Source: Azolla caroliniana
Lineage: Eukaryota; Plantae; Polypodiophyta
NCBI GenBank assembly: GCA_043228905.1
Contig: JBHGNT010000005.1
Span: 12,586,001-12,650,000, forward strand
Length of the DNA: 64,000 nucleotides
Direction of reading: 5' to 3'
Program-made: the position numbers and the translations under genes
Shown: positions 1-11,717 of the stretch, one piece after another
Layout: each line of letters starts with the position of its first letter
Position numbering within the stretch: the first letter of the stretch is position 1
The notes under the pieces: generated by a model
What the model saw: the letters and a program-made list of their open reading frames with translations, nothing else
Told to the model about the DNA's origin: nothing
The model's database searches: none

Positions 1-1886
1 CCTAGAGGTCTGCTTGGCGACATATTGATTATGTGTACTGCCGTGAGTAGAGCCTCTGCCCAGAAGCCATCCGACAGTCCGGAGTGTTGGAGCATGGAAA
101 CTATCCGTTCTTGGATTGTCCGATTCATGCGTTCGGCAATCCCGTTTTGCTCCGGACTGTGTGGTGCCGTAAATTCACGTCGGATGCCGCGTTGTCGGCA
201 AAATTTGACGAATTCTTCTGATTTGAACTCTCCCCCATTGTCGGTCCGAAAGCATTTCAGTTTTCGGTCAGTTTGATTTTCTACCATAGCGAGCCAATCG
301 GAGAAGATCGAGAAGACACGATCTTTGGTGCGAATTGGATAAGCCCACACCTTTCGAGTCGAATCGTCAATAAAACTGACGAAGTAAGAGGCACCGCCGA
401 GAGACTGATGCGGCATTGGGCCGCAGACGTCCGAGTGGACTAAATCGAGAGGTCTCGTTTCTCTTGGTGCTGATGTCGGGTGTGATGCGGCTGCTTGTTT
501 GCCATACTGGCAATGTTCGCAGAATTGATGGTCCGAGAAGGAGAGTTTAGGGATGTATCCGGCTCTAGATAGGTGCGTAATGCCGGCCTTGCTGAGGTGT
601 CCTAATCTTCTGTGCCATAGTGATGACACAGGAATATCCACCAAAAACAGGTTACCCTCTCTGAGCGTAACATGTAACGGATACAGTGAGTGTATCTTGG
701 GTCCTCTAGCAAGCAGGAGGTTCCCCCTGTGGAGTGTCCACCCTCCCGAAGAAAAACCGGCACGAATGCCGTCTTCATCTAGTTGTCCGACTGAGATCAA
801 TGGCCTTGAGAGCTCGGGTACATGTCGGACATTGTGAAGTACAAGTGTAGAGCCACCTGCAAGGTTGAGCTCTACTGTGCCGATTCCAATGATGTCACAG
901 TGTTGCGAGTTGCCGACTCGAACTGAGTCGGAGTGACGGATCGTATATTGCCGAAACTGGGATCGATGAGGAGTCACGTGAAATGACGCGCCCGAATCTA
1001 AGAGCCATGTGCTCGATTCTTCAGTCGTCAGCAGAACTTCTGATCCGACTGGATTTTCGATTGATAGTATATTCGGGTCGTTTGGTAGCACATCAGCTGA
1101 GAAGCTGACGTAATTGATCTCCTCATGCCGGCCACTCTTCTTGTCTGATTTCTGAGACTTGTCGTTCTTGTTCTTGAGTGCGCGGCAGTCGGCTTTGATA
1201 TGTCCGGGTTTCTTGCAATAGTTGCAGATTCGATTATCCCGTGACTGGCTCCGTCTTCGCTGATTGTTCGGCTGCCGTGAGGAATCTCTTCCTCGTATGT
1301 TCGATCGGTCTGTCGAACCTTGTACTACATAAGCGTCGTCTGTTGAGTCTTTGGCGAAAGACTTTCTCCGAGCTGCTTCGGTCAGGATTGCGCTCGTGAC
1401 TTCGGAGTATTTAACAGCCGTGGTTGACGCGTTGCACACGGTTGTGACGAAAGTTTCCCATGATGAGGGAAGGCTGCTCATGAGTATCATCGCTCTGAGT
1501 TCATCCTCGATTGCCGTCCCCTGAGATGAGATTTGGGAGCTTATGCTTTCGTACTCATTGAGATGTGCTCTGATACCAGATGTTGAAGACAAAGGCCGTC
1601 AATGCGGAAGATCAAGTAGCATTCGATTCAAGTTGAGTACCTGCGTATGACAGTTTACCAAGATCGTGCACAGAGAGAGAGAGAGAGAGAGAGAGCAGGC
1701 ACAAAAATGACTCTTTCTATTTCATAGAAACAATAATACAACCAACCTTACAAAAAGGTTACAAGGTCACTATATATAGTGACCGACTTAGGGCAACTAC
1801 CATTTATGCTAATTACACAAATGGCCCAAACTTGATCTATACAAAGGGATAGTGTGAATACGTCCATTATACACTTGTATTCGACA
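1..1886 (-). mobile_element. Ty1/copia family A copy: 5' LTR 1581-1886, PBS 1567-1578, gag-PR-IN running off the window start; 1050-bp internal deletion after the PBS
   Basis: 1-1566 is a near-identical reverse complement of about 40280-41845. The LTR matches 38904-39215. tRNA-Met PBS TGGTATCAGAGC is on the minus strand. It is inserted into a copia RT remnant. Confidence 0.95.
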
Positions 1887-4800
1887 GTCACCTTCACTAC
1901 TGGGGCAAAAATCTCGTCGAAATCCACTCCTTTCTTCTGCTGGAAGCCCTTCACCACAATGCGGGCTTTGTACCTTGGTGGATTTCCAACGTGTCCCGGT
2001 TTCAACTTGTATACCCACTTGTTTCGGAGTGCTCTCTTTCCTTTCGGTAGCTCCGTCAATTTGTATGTGTGGTTCTCATGCACGGAATCCATCTCGTCCT
2101 GCATGGTGTGAAAGTTTTTTTAGAATTCAAGGTATTGAACACTACAAGAATATAAGGTATGGGCATTCACATCCGGAGGGCAAGAACACGAACAAAGGTC
2201 GATTATTCTGAGTACGAGAGGGTATTCAAAGAGAATTGGTCAACATGGATCCATCTTCGAGGAGGCATAGAGGATGCGTGGTTCAAGATGGATCACTTCA
2301 AGGCGGGCTTGAATCCTTACTTTGCAATGGAGGCGAATTTGAAGGACCCAACCAATTTTCAAACTCTTCTACAAGTGTGTCAAGTCTATGATAGACAACT
2401 AAAAGTGATGCGGATGGGAGCTGGTACAACGGTGGCGATAGCTGGTGCGAATGTGGTTCTGACTGTAAATGCTCCACATATATCCTCTATTGTACATGGA
2501 GGACAGGTTTTTCCAAATATCTTTAATTCTAATATAACTAACCACGCTAGTATATCAATGATGCGAGATGTAGATCATCCAAGAACTTATGGAAGTTTCC
2601 CCGAACAACTAAATCGGTGCTTTGATGAGCTAATGAATAAATTCTGCCAAATGCAAGAAAGTCTCAACACCAAACAAGTTCGAGAGGTGCAACAAGAAAA
2701 ACGAGTCCCGGTTTGTTATTCTTGTGGTGTTGAAGGTCATATTGCTACACGGTGTCCTTTGAGACGACAAGGAGGTTTAGGACGAGGTATCTATCAAATT
2801 CACGGAGGTTAAAATTCTGTTAAGAACCATGCAAATAACAATAATCAAGTTTCTAGTGATGGACGACCTCCCAATGTAAATCTTCTTGATTTTATTATGA
2901 TACTGATGATGATTGTGATGTTGTTCCAATCAAGAGAACTCGAGCAACCCATAATGGCAAAGAGGTGGAAGAGGAGTCAAGTAACCCTCAAATAAAGAAA
3001 AAGGCTAAGGAGTCTAAGATGGAGAATCCTTCAAAAGAACGTCGGAGAAAGATCAATATGGAGGACATGCCTATGGGGAAAGGAGTGGGGCCTTTCAACC
3101 TCAAGCAAGAGTTGATTACTAATGGACCCCGGATCATTTGGCCACAACTTCTTCAACTCTCTCCAAAGATACGTAAGGAATGGGGATGACTAGCAAGTAT
3201 ACATCAAAGTACCAAAACAGTGCACTATGTGGGAGTTGTATGAGTGAAGGAACGAAAGGATATTCGACCCGTTATTTCGTTAACCATGAAAGGTCTTTTA
3301 ATTAATGATTCCTTAGTAAATAGTGGTATTAGAATTGGTCCTTCATCCAATGACATAGCGAGTAAAATTGGAAATCCTATTTGTCAAAAGTCCTCAAACA
3401 TGGTTGACAAGGGTTTGGTTCCTTGTTTGGGAGCTATAGATGATAAAGTTATTGATTTTTTTGGCATATCCATTTCCATGGATTTACATGCAATACTCAT
3501 TAAAGGTCCATTTTATTCCTTAATATTAGTAAGACCTTGGATGCAAGAATTGCATGTAATACATGATTGGAGTATCATGACCTTATCATTATCAAAGGGG
3601 TTTAACATCTTCTACAACTTGTATCGACAACAACTAATCAAATGTATAAAGGAGAAGGAATCATCTATTGACAATGGCAATCAAGAAGAGGAAAGCATAA
3701 CAAGTGATGGATCTTCATGGGATAGGGAAAACAAATTGTTCCATGTGGTGTCTAAGGAGGAAGGAAAAGTCATTGAAGAAGGGAAAAAGAAGATGATTTC
3801 AAACGATATACAAGGAGAAGAGCACCTAAGTTTTATATCTCTTCATTCTAAGTTTCCAAAGTTACTCACAAATGTCTATTCACATGTAAGAGGAAAATAT
3901 ACCAATTTCCCCGAAGCTTCGGCAATTGGGTGTTGAACAAAAGGAAGATCTTATACAAGAGTTCAAAACATTGTTGCAAGAAAGTTTCGATTATAAGATA
4001 GAGGATTTGAAGTGTGTGTCACCTATGGTTTTGGTTCCAAAGGAGGATGACATCAACTTTCAACCCTTGATTGATTCAACCAAACAAGATCAATTTTCAC
4101 TTTCTTTCCAAGATGAGTTTGTAGATGAAATAGTCATTTATAAAAAACAAGGTAGTGTGGAGAATGTTGTATGCCAAGAAGGAATTTATATGGATGAATC
4201 AAAGATTGAAGTAATTCAAAAGGTGACAACTCCAACAAGTCTCAAGGATTTGAAGGTATTTGTGCAAAAGGTTCGCTCCCTCGAAAGATTTATTCATATG
4301 TTGACATTCTTACTTCTATCAAGAGCTATGTATCGCATGACCCTACTTGTGTTTGGAGAGTTGACAAAGACATAATAATTGTGGTAACCTCTTTCTTTGT
4401 GTTGACAAGGAGAAAGATGGTGATGGCAATTGTCAATGTGTGTGTGTGTATCTAGGAATGTGCTCGGTTTTTCCTACCGATTAGCAAGGGTTTTACTGAC
4501 ATAATTGGTTTCTTTTTTATTTATTCTCTCCTTCTTTGTCTATAGCCATGAATAAGGCAAAGGAGAATCTTTGGTTTTATTAGTAGCTTAGGGTTCACCA
4601 AGAAGCAAGGGGGGGGGCTAAATGTGAAAGTGTTTTTAGAATTCCAAATATTGAACACTACAAGAATATAAGGTACGGGGCATTCACATCCGGAGGGCAA
4701 GAACACGAACAAAGGTCTTGAGGATAAGTCAAACTAAAAGCAAGACACGTGGAGAAAAGTAAAAGAAGAAAAAAGTGGGCCACCAAAACACAGTCTGAAA

Positions 4801-7717
4801 CGAACGCTTATAACTCGTTCATTTGGAAACCAAATATAGGTTGGAAAGCTTGTAAAGAGAGCTATCCATAACTTTTTAAATCTCTAAATTTGGAGCTGGG
4901 ATGAGGGAGATATGACGATTAGAAGGTCGTTGTGTCATAGCTAAAAATAGGAGATAAACAACTTTTAAAAAAAGCGTGAAAAAGAGAGGAAGGAGGAAGA
5001 ATATGAAGATTATAAGAAGGGAGAAGGGGAAGAAAGAAGAGATAGAAGAAGTGATACCTTTGTAATAAGGGGAGGAGTGTAAGGTTGGGGGTTTTGTTCT
5101 TAGTCTACTTCTTGTGGTGTTTTTTCCCATTCATGTAGTGTGATCATTCATTATCAATAGTATCTTTGTAGTTTTAGATTGATATATCTTCTTTATCTTT
5201 TGTTTCTATCATCATCCTTTCACATGGCACTTAACCACTTGCAGTTGTGGGTGTCCCTCTTTGCTTCCTCAAAGCTTTCCAGCTCCCCCTCGTCGGTTAG
5301 CAACACACACTCTTCATCCGGAAATCTACGGGGGGGTCTTCTTTCTCTTAGAGGGTATCGCCTTCCTCTGTTTTCCCCTGTCAGCTCGCTGGGATCTTCT
5401 TCTTCTTCTTCTTCGATTGGTTCTTCGTCTGGTTTTGAGTCAGCTATCTCTTCGTCTTTTTCATCAGCGCCTCAGCCCAGAACGTCTTGGAAAGTTTCAC
5501 ATGTGCTAGCATACTTCAGACCCTTTCCATTATGGTCCGGTTCATACTCTCCGCCAACCCGTTGAGTTTTGGTGTCTTCGGCATTGTGTATTCGAGCCGA
5601 ATACCTTGAGTCTGGCAGTACTCTTCGAATTGCCCGCGGTATTCACCGTCATTGTCACACTCAGACTGCTTTCAGTTTTCGGCCGGTTTTTCTCTCGACT
5701 CTAGCATGGAATTCCTTGAAAACAGATAATACCTAGTCCTTCGTCTTCAGCGAGGAGACCCACAACTTCTGGCTACAGTCATCTATGAAGGTCACAAAAT
5801 ATTGTGAACCAACATGTGACTTTGAGTCCACGTAGCATATGTCGTTTTGCACGAGTTCTAGCAGCATCCTTTTCCTCATCGGGGGCCTTGTTTGGAAGGA
5901 GGTTTTGTTTTGCTTGCTGGCCAAGCAATCGGTGCACTTCTTAAGTTGCACGTTCTTCACCTCTTGAATGAGGTTATCATCGACAAGTTTTCGCATCCCC
6001 TTCTGGATTATGTGGCATAGCCTCTTGTGCCACAACTCACCGGCTGTGTCGGTTGCTGCATTTACTTCCGACCATCATATCCGAGCAAGCATCAGATATA
6101 GCGTGCTGGTCTTCCGGGACCGAGCCACGATCAGGCTCCCTTTGTTGAACTTCATGACACCATTTCGAATGTGACTCATGTAGCCTTCGTCATTCAGCCG
6201 ATCGGCTGATATTAGGTTAAGTTGAACCTCTGAAACGTGTTAGACATCATTAGTACCAGTCAACACCCAGTCGATGTACCAGGCATACATCTCCGATGCC
6301 GAAAATTCGGCATACACCTTCATTTCTCATCGTCACAAGGTCGTGATCTCCTGCTTTGTTGGATGAGAAACACCTTCTATTGGGGGTCAGGTGGAACGAT
6401 GCACTCGAATCAACTTCCCCTAGAAGCATGTGGGCCTTCCCCTTGACTTTGACCTCGTCCCTGACTTCTCTAGGTTCTAGGTACTCCAATTTCGGCCTCT
6501 TCCTCTATGTGTGTCACTTTCTGTGATGTGCCTTTGGGTCAGAAATTGCCTCCTTATCCTTCTGACAAGCTTCCTCATTCAGCAAGCTCAATTTTACTCT
6601 TGCCAGGGATAAGTGCTTCCCTTCCTATTCGACGTTGCGCAGTGTAACGAAGAGTGTCCCCCGGCTATCCGGAAGGGATCCGAGCAACAACAATGCCAGT
6701 ACCTCGTCGGACAAGAGGTACTTCGAGCGAGGTAGTCTGGTTTATCAACCCCTGGAAGGCATTCATGTGCTCTGCCATACTGGCGCCAACATGATACCTG
6801 AGTCTCATTATTTTCCGAAATACGAAGACTCGATTCATGACATTTTTGTTTTCTAACATGATGCCGATTTTCTCCCAAAGGACATCAGCCTTGTTCTCCT
6901 CATTGAAGTTGTTGTACAAGCTCATGTCAATAAAACATCTTATGTATGCGGTTGTCTACATGTGCATTACCTCCCATGTTGATGCATCGATCTTATCTGG
7001 TCTTTTGTCTCCAAACTGTACTGGCGGTCAGAGGTCTTTGACCACCAACATGTTCCTCATCTTCGACTTCCATACTGAGTAGTTGGAGCCGGTTAGCTTG
7101 AATAGACCCCCAAGTGAATCTTCCATTTTTTTTAACCTTGCTTTGATACCAATTTGATAGAACAACAGGAACTTGGCCAACCGAGTTAAATGCAGAATAG
7201 GGAACACAAGCATAAATAAAGAGAAAATAGAAATGAAAGTGCACATGATATATCGTGGAAAAACCCCAAATCGGGTAAAAAACCACGGGTCCCCACAAAC
7301 ACCAAACAAATCACTATAAGAGAGAGATACAATGATCAAACTCACAGGTACCGACTTGGGCTTGTACACTTCGCCGATAGGAGGTGACAATAGAGAAGCT
7401 CTCGCTACCCCTTTTTCTCTCTCTCTAGCTATGGCTGCAACCTCGCACACGTGCAAAAGAGCAGCCATAGCTAGAGAGAGAGAAAGGGGTAGCGCACGCG
7501 TTGTACATAGTTATAGAGACAACTTACACTGCTAGCCATTGAACCACAATACAATAACTATTAACCTCACTAAACATAAGGTTTACCCTATTTATCTTTA
7601 TACTTATATAACTTTTGGGCTAATTACCTAACGGGCCTAAGTAGGCTTGACTCAAACCTATTTACATTTTCCTTTGTCCTAAATTCGGCCCATCTGAAAG
7701 GGACCTAATTCTCAACA
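1887..7717 (-). mobile_element. Degenerate Ty1/copia (family B-related) remnant: 5' LTR about 7155-7717, PBS 7140-7151, broken gag/PR/IN/RT; interrupted by a gypsy element at 2107-5222
   Basis: Fragments MQDEMDSVHENHTY..YKARIVVKGFQQKKGVDFDEIFAPVV, WHKRLCH, VDSSASFH and gag GSNYSVWKSKM are homologous to ORF 11718-15791. The copia sequence resumes across TSD CATGG. Confidence 0.9.
2107..5222 (+). mobile_element. Internally deleted Ty3/gypsy-like element: truncated 5' LTR 2107-2200, gag/PR/RT relics, PPT about 4603-4620, 3' LTR 4623-5222
   Basis: TG..CA ends and 5-bp TSD CATGG (2102-2106, 5223-5227). 2107-2200 repeats at about 4623-4717. Zinc knuckle CYSCGVEGHIATRC, protease-like LVNSG and RT relics SPMVLVPK and GIYMDESKIEVI. 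Confidence 0.85.
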
Positions 7718-8556
7718 AATAACGCCCTATCCTTAGTGTCGCTGACATATCTCATTATCTTGTGGGCGCATTGAAGGTGTTCAAGAGTCGGCTATGACAT
7801 GAATTGACAGATCAAGTCGTCTGGATAGCTCAGGTCCAGCTGAGTGATAGTCATGTAGATGAGGCTTCCGACAATTTGCACACAAAGTGGTAGTGCACCT
7901 CGATGTGCTTCGTGCAAAGCATGGAAGACAAGGTTTTTGGCTAACTGGATGTTGCTGAGGTTGTCACATTATATCACTGTCAGCTCAGACACCTCCATCT
8001 ACAGATCCCTTAATAACCTCTTGATCCATATGGCGTCGCATGCTGCGACAACTTCTTACTGCTCCAAGCGATCGTAACGCTTCCAAGAGAAAACGCAAAG
8101 CTTGATGTAAACCTTCGATCACCGGCATTTAAGAATCGATATGCGTGTAGCTGACAAGCTGTCTGGCTACACTTGTCGGAGATAATAACTCCCTATCCTA
8201 GTGCCATTGACATATCTCATGATCCTGTGTGCGCACTAAAGGTGTTCAAGAGTCGGCTATTGTAAAAGAATATGATTGCGGAAGCTAAGAGAAAACTGGC
8301 TCATTTGGATAGAAAAATAATACAGATAGGTTTAATGTAACCTTAAATACACCGGAGAGACAGAGAGAGAAAAATAGTAAACTCAATTCAAAACAATAAC
8401 ACTCTATACATACAGTGTGCTCATTGAGAACTTTTATACAAGTCCTTATATGGACTGACAGAAGTACTGACATGTACTTCAATGCTCATACGAGCGACTG
8501 GCATTGACTCCTAAAAGTATGCCTACATACTAGGCTAGATTCATAGGCCTCTAACA
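7718..8556 (-). mobile_element. Copia family C RT relics (7718-8260) and an LTR-like segment (about 8261-8556)
   Basis: Homologous to the RT C-terminus at 31160-31900. 8261 onward is the reverse complement of LTR ends such as 32320-32343 (ttccgca..tattcttttaca). Confidence 0.6.
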
Positions 8557-8624
8557 GCCTACCAGTTCCAATCTGATCCGGCTCTCCGATCCAGAGGCCA
8601 AGTCAGGAATTGGCCGCGGATCCT

Positions 8625-9731
8625 ATCTTATGCACTATGGGTAGACCGGACGATGCATAGTTCGGTGACCGGATAGATGCCGACGGAACTGATGTACGGG
8701 CAGAAACCGGTCATGCCGGTGGAGCGGACGATTTCCTCGTGGGCGGTGGTAGATTGGAGGAACGAGATGAGCCGGGAAGAGCTGTTGGCGGCGCAGATTC
8801 GACAGCTCGAGCGAAGACCGGAGGATGTGGAGCGGGCAAAGACAAAGCTGCAAACGACGAGGGAGAGGAACAAAGGACGGTTCGACCAGATGCACCGGCT
8901 GCGGCCGAAGAAGACCTAGGAGGGCGACTGGGTGTTGGTGTACAACAACAGCCTTGACAACCAGCACAAGGCAACGTGCAAATTCACGAGGAGGTGGTTC
9001 GGGCCCTACGCCGTAACGAGCGTGAGCAACAACGAGATGTATCATCTTGCGGAGCTTGGCGGGACGCGATTAACAGTGCCGGTAGCCGGGAAGCGGATCA
9101 AGGCGTTCAAGAACCGATATGAGGATGAGCCGGACCCGGGAAGCGTGACCGAAGACGACGATGATTCGGGCGGTGACGGATGATTACGGGTCGGTCTTCT
9201 CCGGCAATTGTTCGTGTCTAGCGCATACCGGTGGATGCGCGATTTGGTGGGGGTGGATGTTGTGAAGAAACTGGCCCTAAGCGAAATCAAGGAGTTAAAG
9301 GCGTGAAACCGCCCTTTCACGGAAGTGCGTGAATTGAGACAATTTATATAACTAGGAATAGGACGGTTGATGTAAGTATACTAGGTATGAGATACTTATT
9401 AATTAGAAAATCGAAGTGTACCTCTGTCCGGAGGGACAGAGAATAATGTTGACATGTTTTGATGTAACGGCCTCCTCGGCGACCTATAAAAGGGAGGGGA
9501 GAGGAAAGAGAGATTATCACGTTTTGGGGAAAGGAAGGAGGTGTTGTCAGACTAGGAACCGAACTCTCTTCCTCTACCATCATTCTTTGCAGGGTTGCCA
9601 TCGTTGTAATTGTCACGATTATTGTAATTGAATCTCTTGTTTCTGTGTTATCTATGTCGTCTGTGTTTCCGGGAGTGTCGTCTTTCACTTCTATTGAGTG
9701 CGCTCCTCGATTGAGTCGGTATACGCGTTGG
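8625..9731 (+). mobile_element. Ty3/gypsy family G 3' remnant: integrase C-terminus (GPY motif), PPT, LTR from 9258
   Basis: ELMYGQKPVMP and RWFGPYAV. Homologous to 63082-64000 on the minus strand. A purine tract precedes TG at 9258. Confidence 0.8.
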
Positions 9732-10030
9732 TGCCATGATATTGCAAGACTCGAACCCATGATCTTAGGTTATATGGGTCAAGCTCTTAACCATTATATC
9801 ATCTATTGTAATACGTAGAATATTATTTTCATTTACATTTTATTCTAGGAAATTAATGTATATTCCAGATTTCTCTGGAACATTCTAGAAGCTTTAGGAT
9901 AACTCCTGAGAACACTATAAAAGAGGGCACTAGGCATTATGTTAAACCAAATTGGTTGAACAACACTCTTTAGCCTCATAGCCCTTTTGTACTTACTCTT
10001 CTTATAATATATAATTTGTTATCATCATCT
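9732..10030 (+). mobile_element. LTR fragment of Tcn1-like family H
   Basis: About 220 bp near-identical to the LTR starting at 30936. The right boundary is uncertain. Confidence 0.75.
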
Positions 10031-10989
10031 CTCTCTCTCTCTCGTCCTCGCTATCTCTCTCTCTCTCTCTCTCCTCTTCTCTCTTCCTCTCTAGGGAGTC
10101 TTATGCAGTCCCGTCCTCTTAGTTCTAATAGTACTTCTATTAGAGATCTAGGTACTAAAGTAAGCTTAAGATAAGGATAAAGTAATGATAGATAGAAAGG
10201 AGAAAGAGAAAGAAGGGTGCCGATCCACCCGACCACCCCCGAGCAAAGGTATCGAGACAGACTCAAGCCTCGATCGGCGTCCCATACCACCGTCGTGGCG
10301 TCGAGTCGTACCTGGTGCTGGCGCGCTCGCTACAAGAGTTGACCCACCACAAGAGTAGAGTCTCGATGTAGTCAAAAGATGATCAAATGAGGGTAGCTAG
10401 GCCTCTTATTTATAGCGATACCCAAGGCCCCCAGGCAAGTTCACACTTGGCCTAATGGGTTGTCTCAATCCCGAGGATTTAAAAGTAATCCTCCCCTTCT
10501 TTACACTCTCATTTAACTGTCACACTTATCCACGTGTATAGAATACTACGGTAAATTCTCACCACGGGATATTAAATGGTCATGCCCGTAACATACTCCC
10601 CCTCTTTAAAACATTGCACTCTTGCAATGGAAAGTTAGGGAAATTAGTTCTGAGAGTATTTTCGCATTCCCATGTGGCATCTTTTATTGATTTATCCATC
10701 CATTTTATTTTAAATTCTCGGATTTCTTTAGTACGTAATTTTTTTGTTTTAACATCGAGAATTCTTTCTAGTACATGTGGTTTAGAAGATAATTCTTCAG
10801 AAGTAACCAAAGTTTCAGTTGTAACTGTATTGTCGCCAGAACCTAGAAGTTCTTTTAGACGACTCACATGGAAGACTGGATTGTTGGGATTTCGGTCCCT
10901 CCGGATGGGATGTCCGGAGATGAATGACGGCAAGCCCGGTTGCGGTTACGGAACCGGATGATGAATAGTACCCGGCGTGAAGCCGGATG

Positions 10990-11220
10990 AAGAGACCCTG
11001 ACTACGGAGCCGGATGCTGAAGACCCCAGTTACGGAGCCGGATGACGAAGACCCGGCTACGGAGCCGGATGCTGAAGACCCCGGTTACGGAGCCGGATGA
11101 CGAAGACCCGGCTACGGAGCCGGATGCTGAAGACCCCGGTTACGGAGCCGGATGACGAAGACCCGGCTACGGAGCCGGATGATGAAGATCCCGGTTACGG
11201 AGCCGGATGACGAATGTACC
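10990..11220 (+). repeat. LTR minisatellite with alternating 27/28-bp units (GGAGCCGGATG..GAAGACCC(C)GG(T/C)TAC), about 8 units; repeated at 15910-16140
   Basis: Direct reading of the tandem units. Confidence 0.9.
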
Positions 11221-11717
11221 CGGAGAGAGATCCGGATGCGGGGACATATTTGTGAATATGTTTGCCAAGAGCCCCTTGAGGCTATATTTGTAAATAGCCC
11301 GAAAGTCATATGTGTATAAATATGACTTAGGGCAAACAGTTTTTGTTGTTGCTTATTTTTTCTGTTTTTCACCTAGAGAGAGTGAAGAGAGCAGCCGCGA
11401 GAGAGGGAGAGAGAGAGAGAGACGAAGAGGTCGTTGCCTCTGTGTATTACCGCCGCCTGTGGCGAAGACAGTGAGCTCAAGGTTGTTGCCTTGAAGCTTC
11501 ACCATTGTACATCCCTGTTCATAGTGATAGTTGGAGTTTGAGGACTCCCGTGGTTTTTCCCATTTAGGGTTTTCCACGAAAAATATCCTGTGTACTCTTC
11601 TCTCTACAGTCTCCGTGTACATTGTATTTCCTATTTTCTGTGAGTTGATCCTATTCCTCGGTTGTGGCCGAGCATCGTTTTACAACAAAGTGGTATCAGA
11701 GCACGGTAACACAGAAA

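Noticed and set aside
1555-1590. Deletion as a spliced-out intron
   Set aside because: No placement of the deleted segment gives GT..AG or GC..AG ends.
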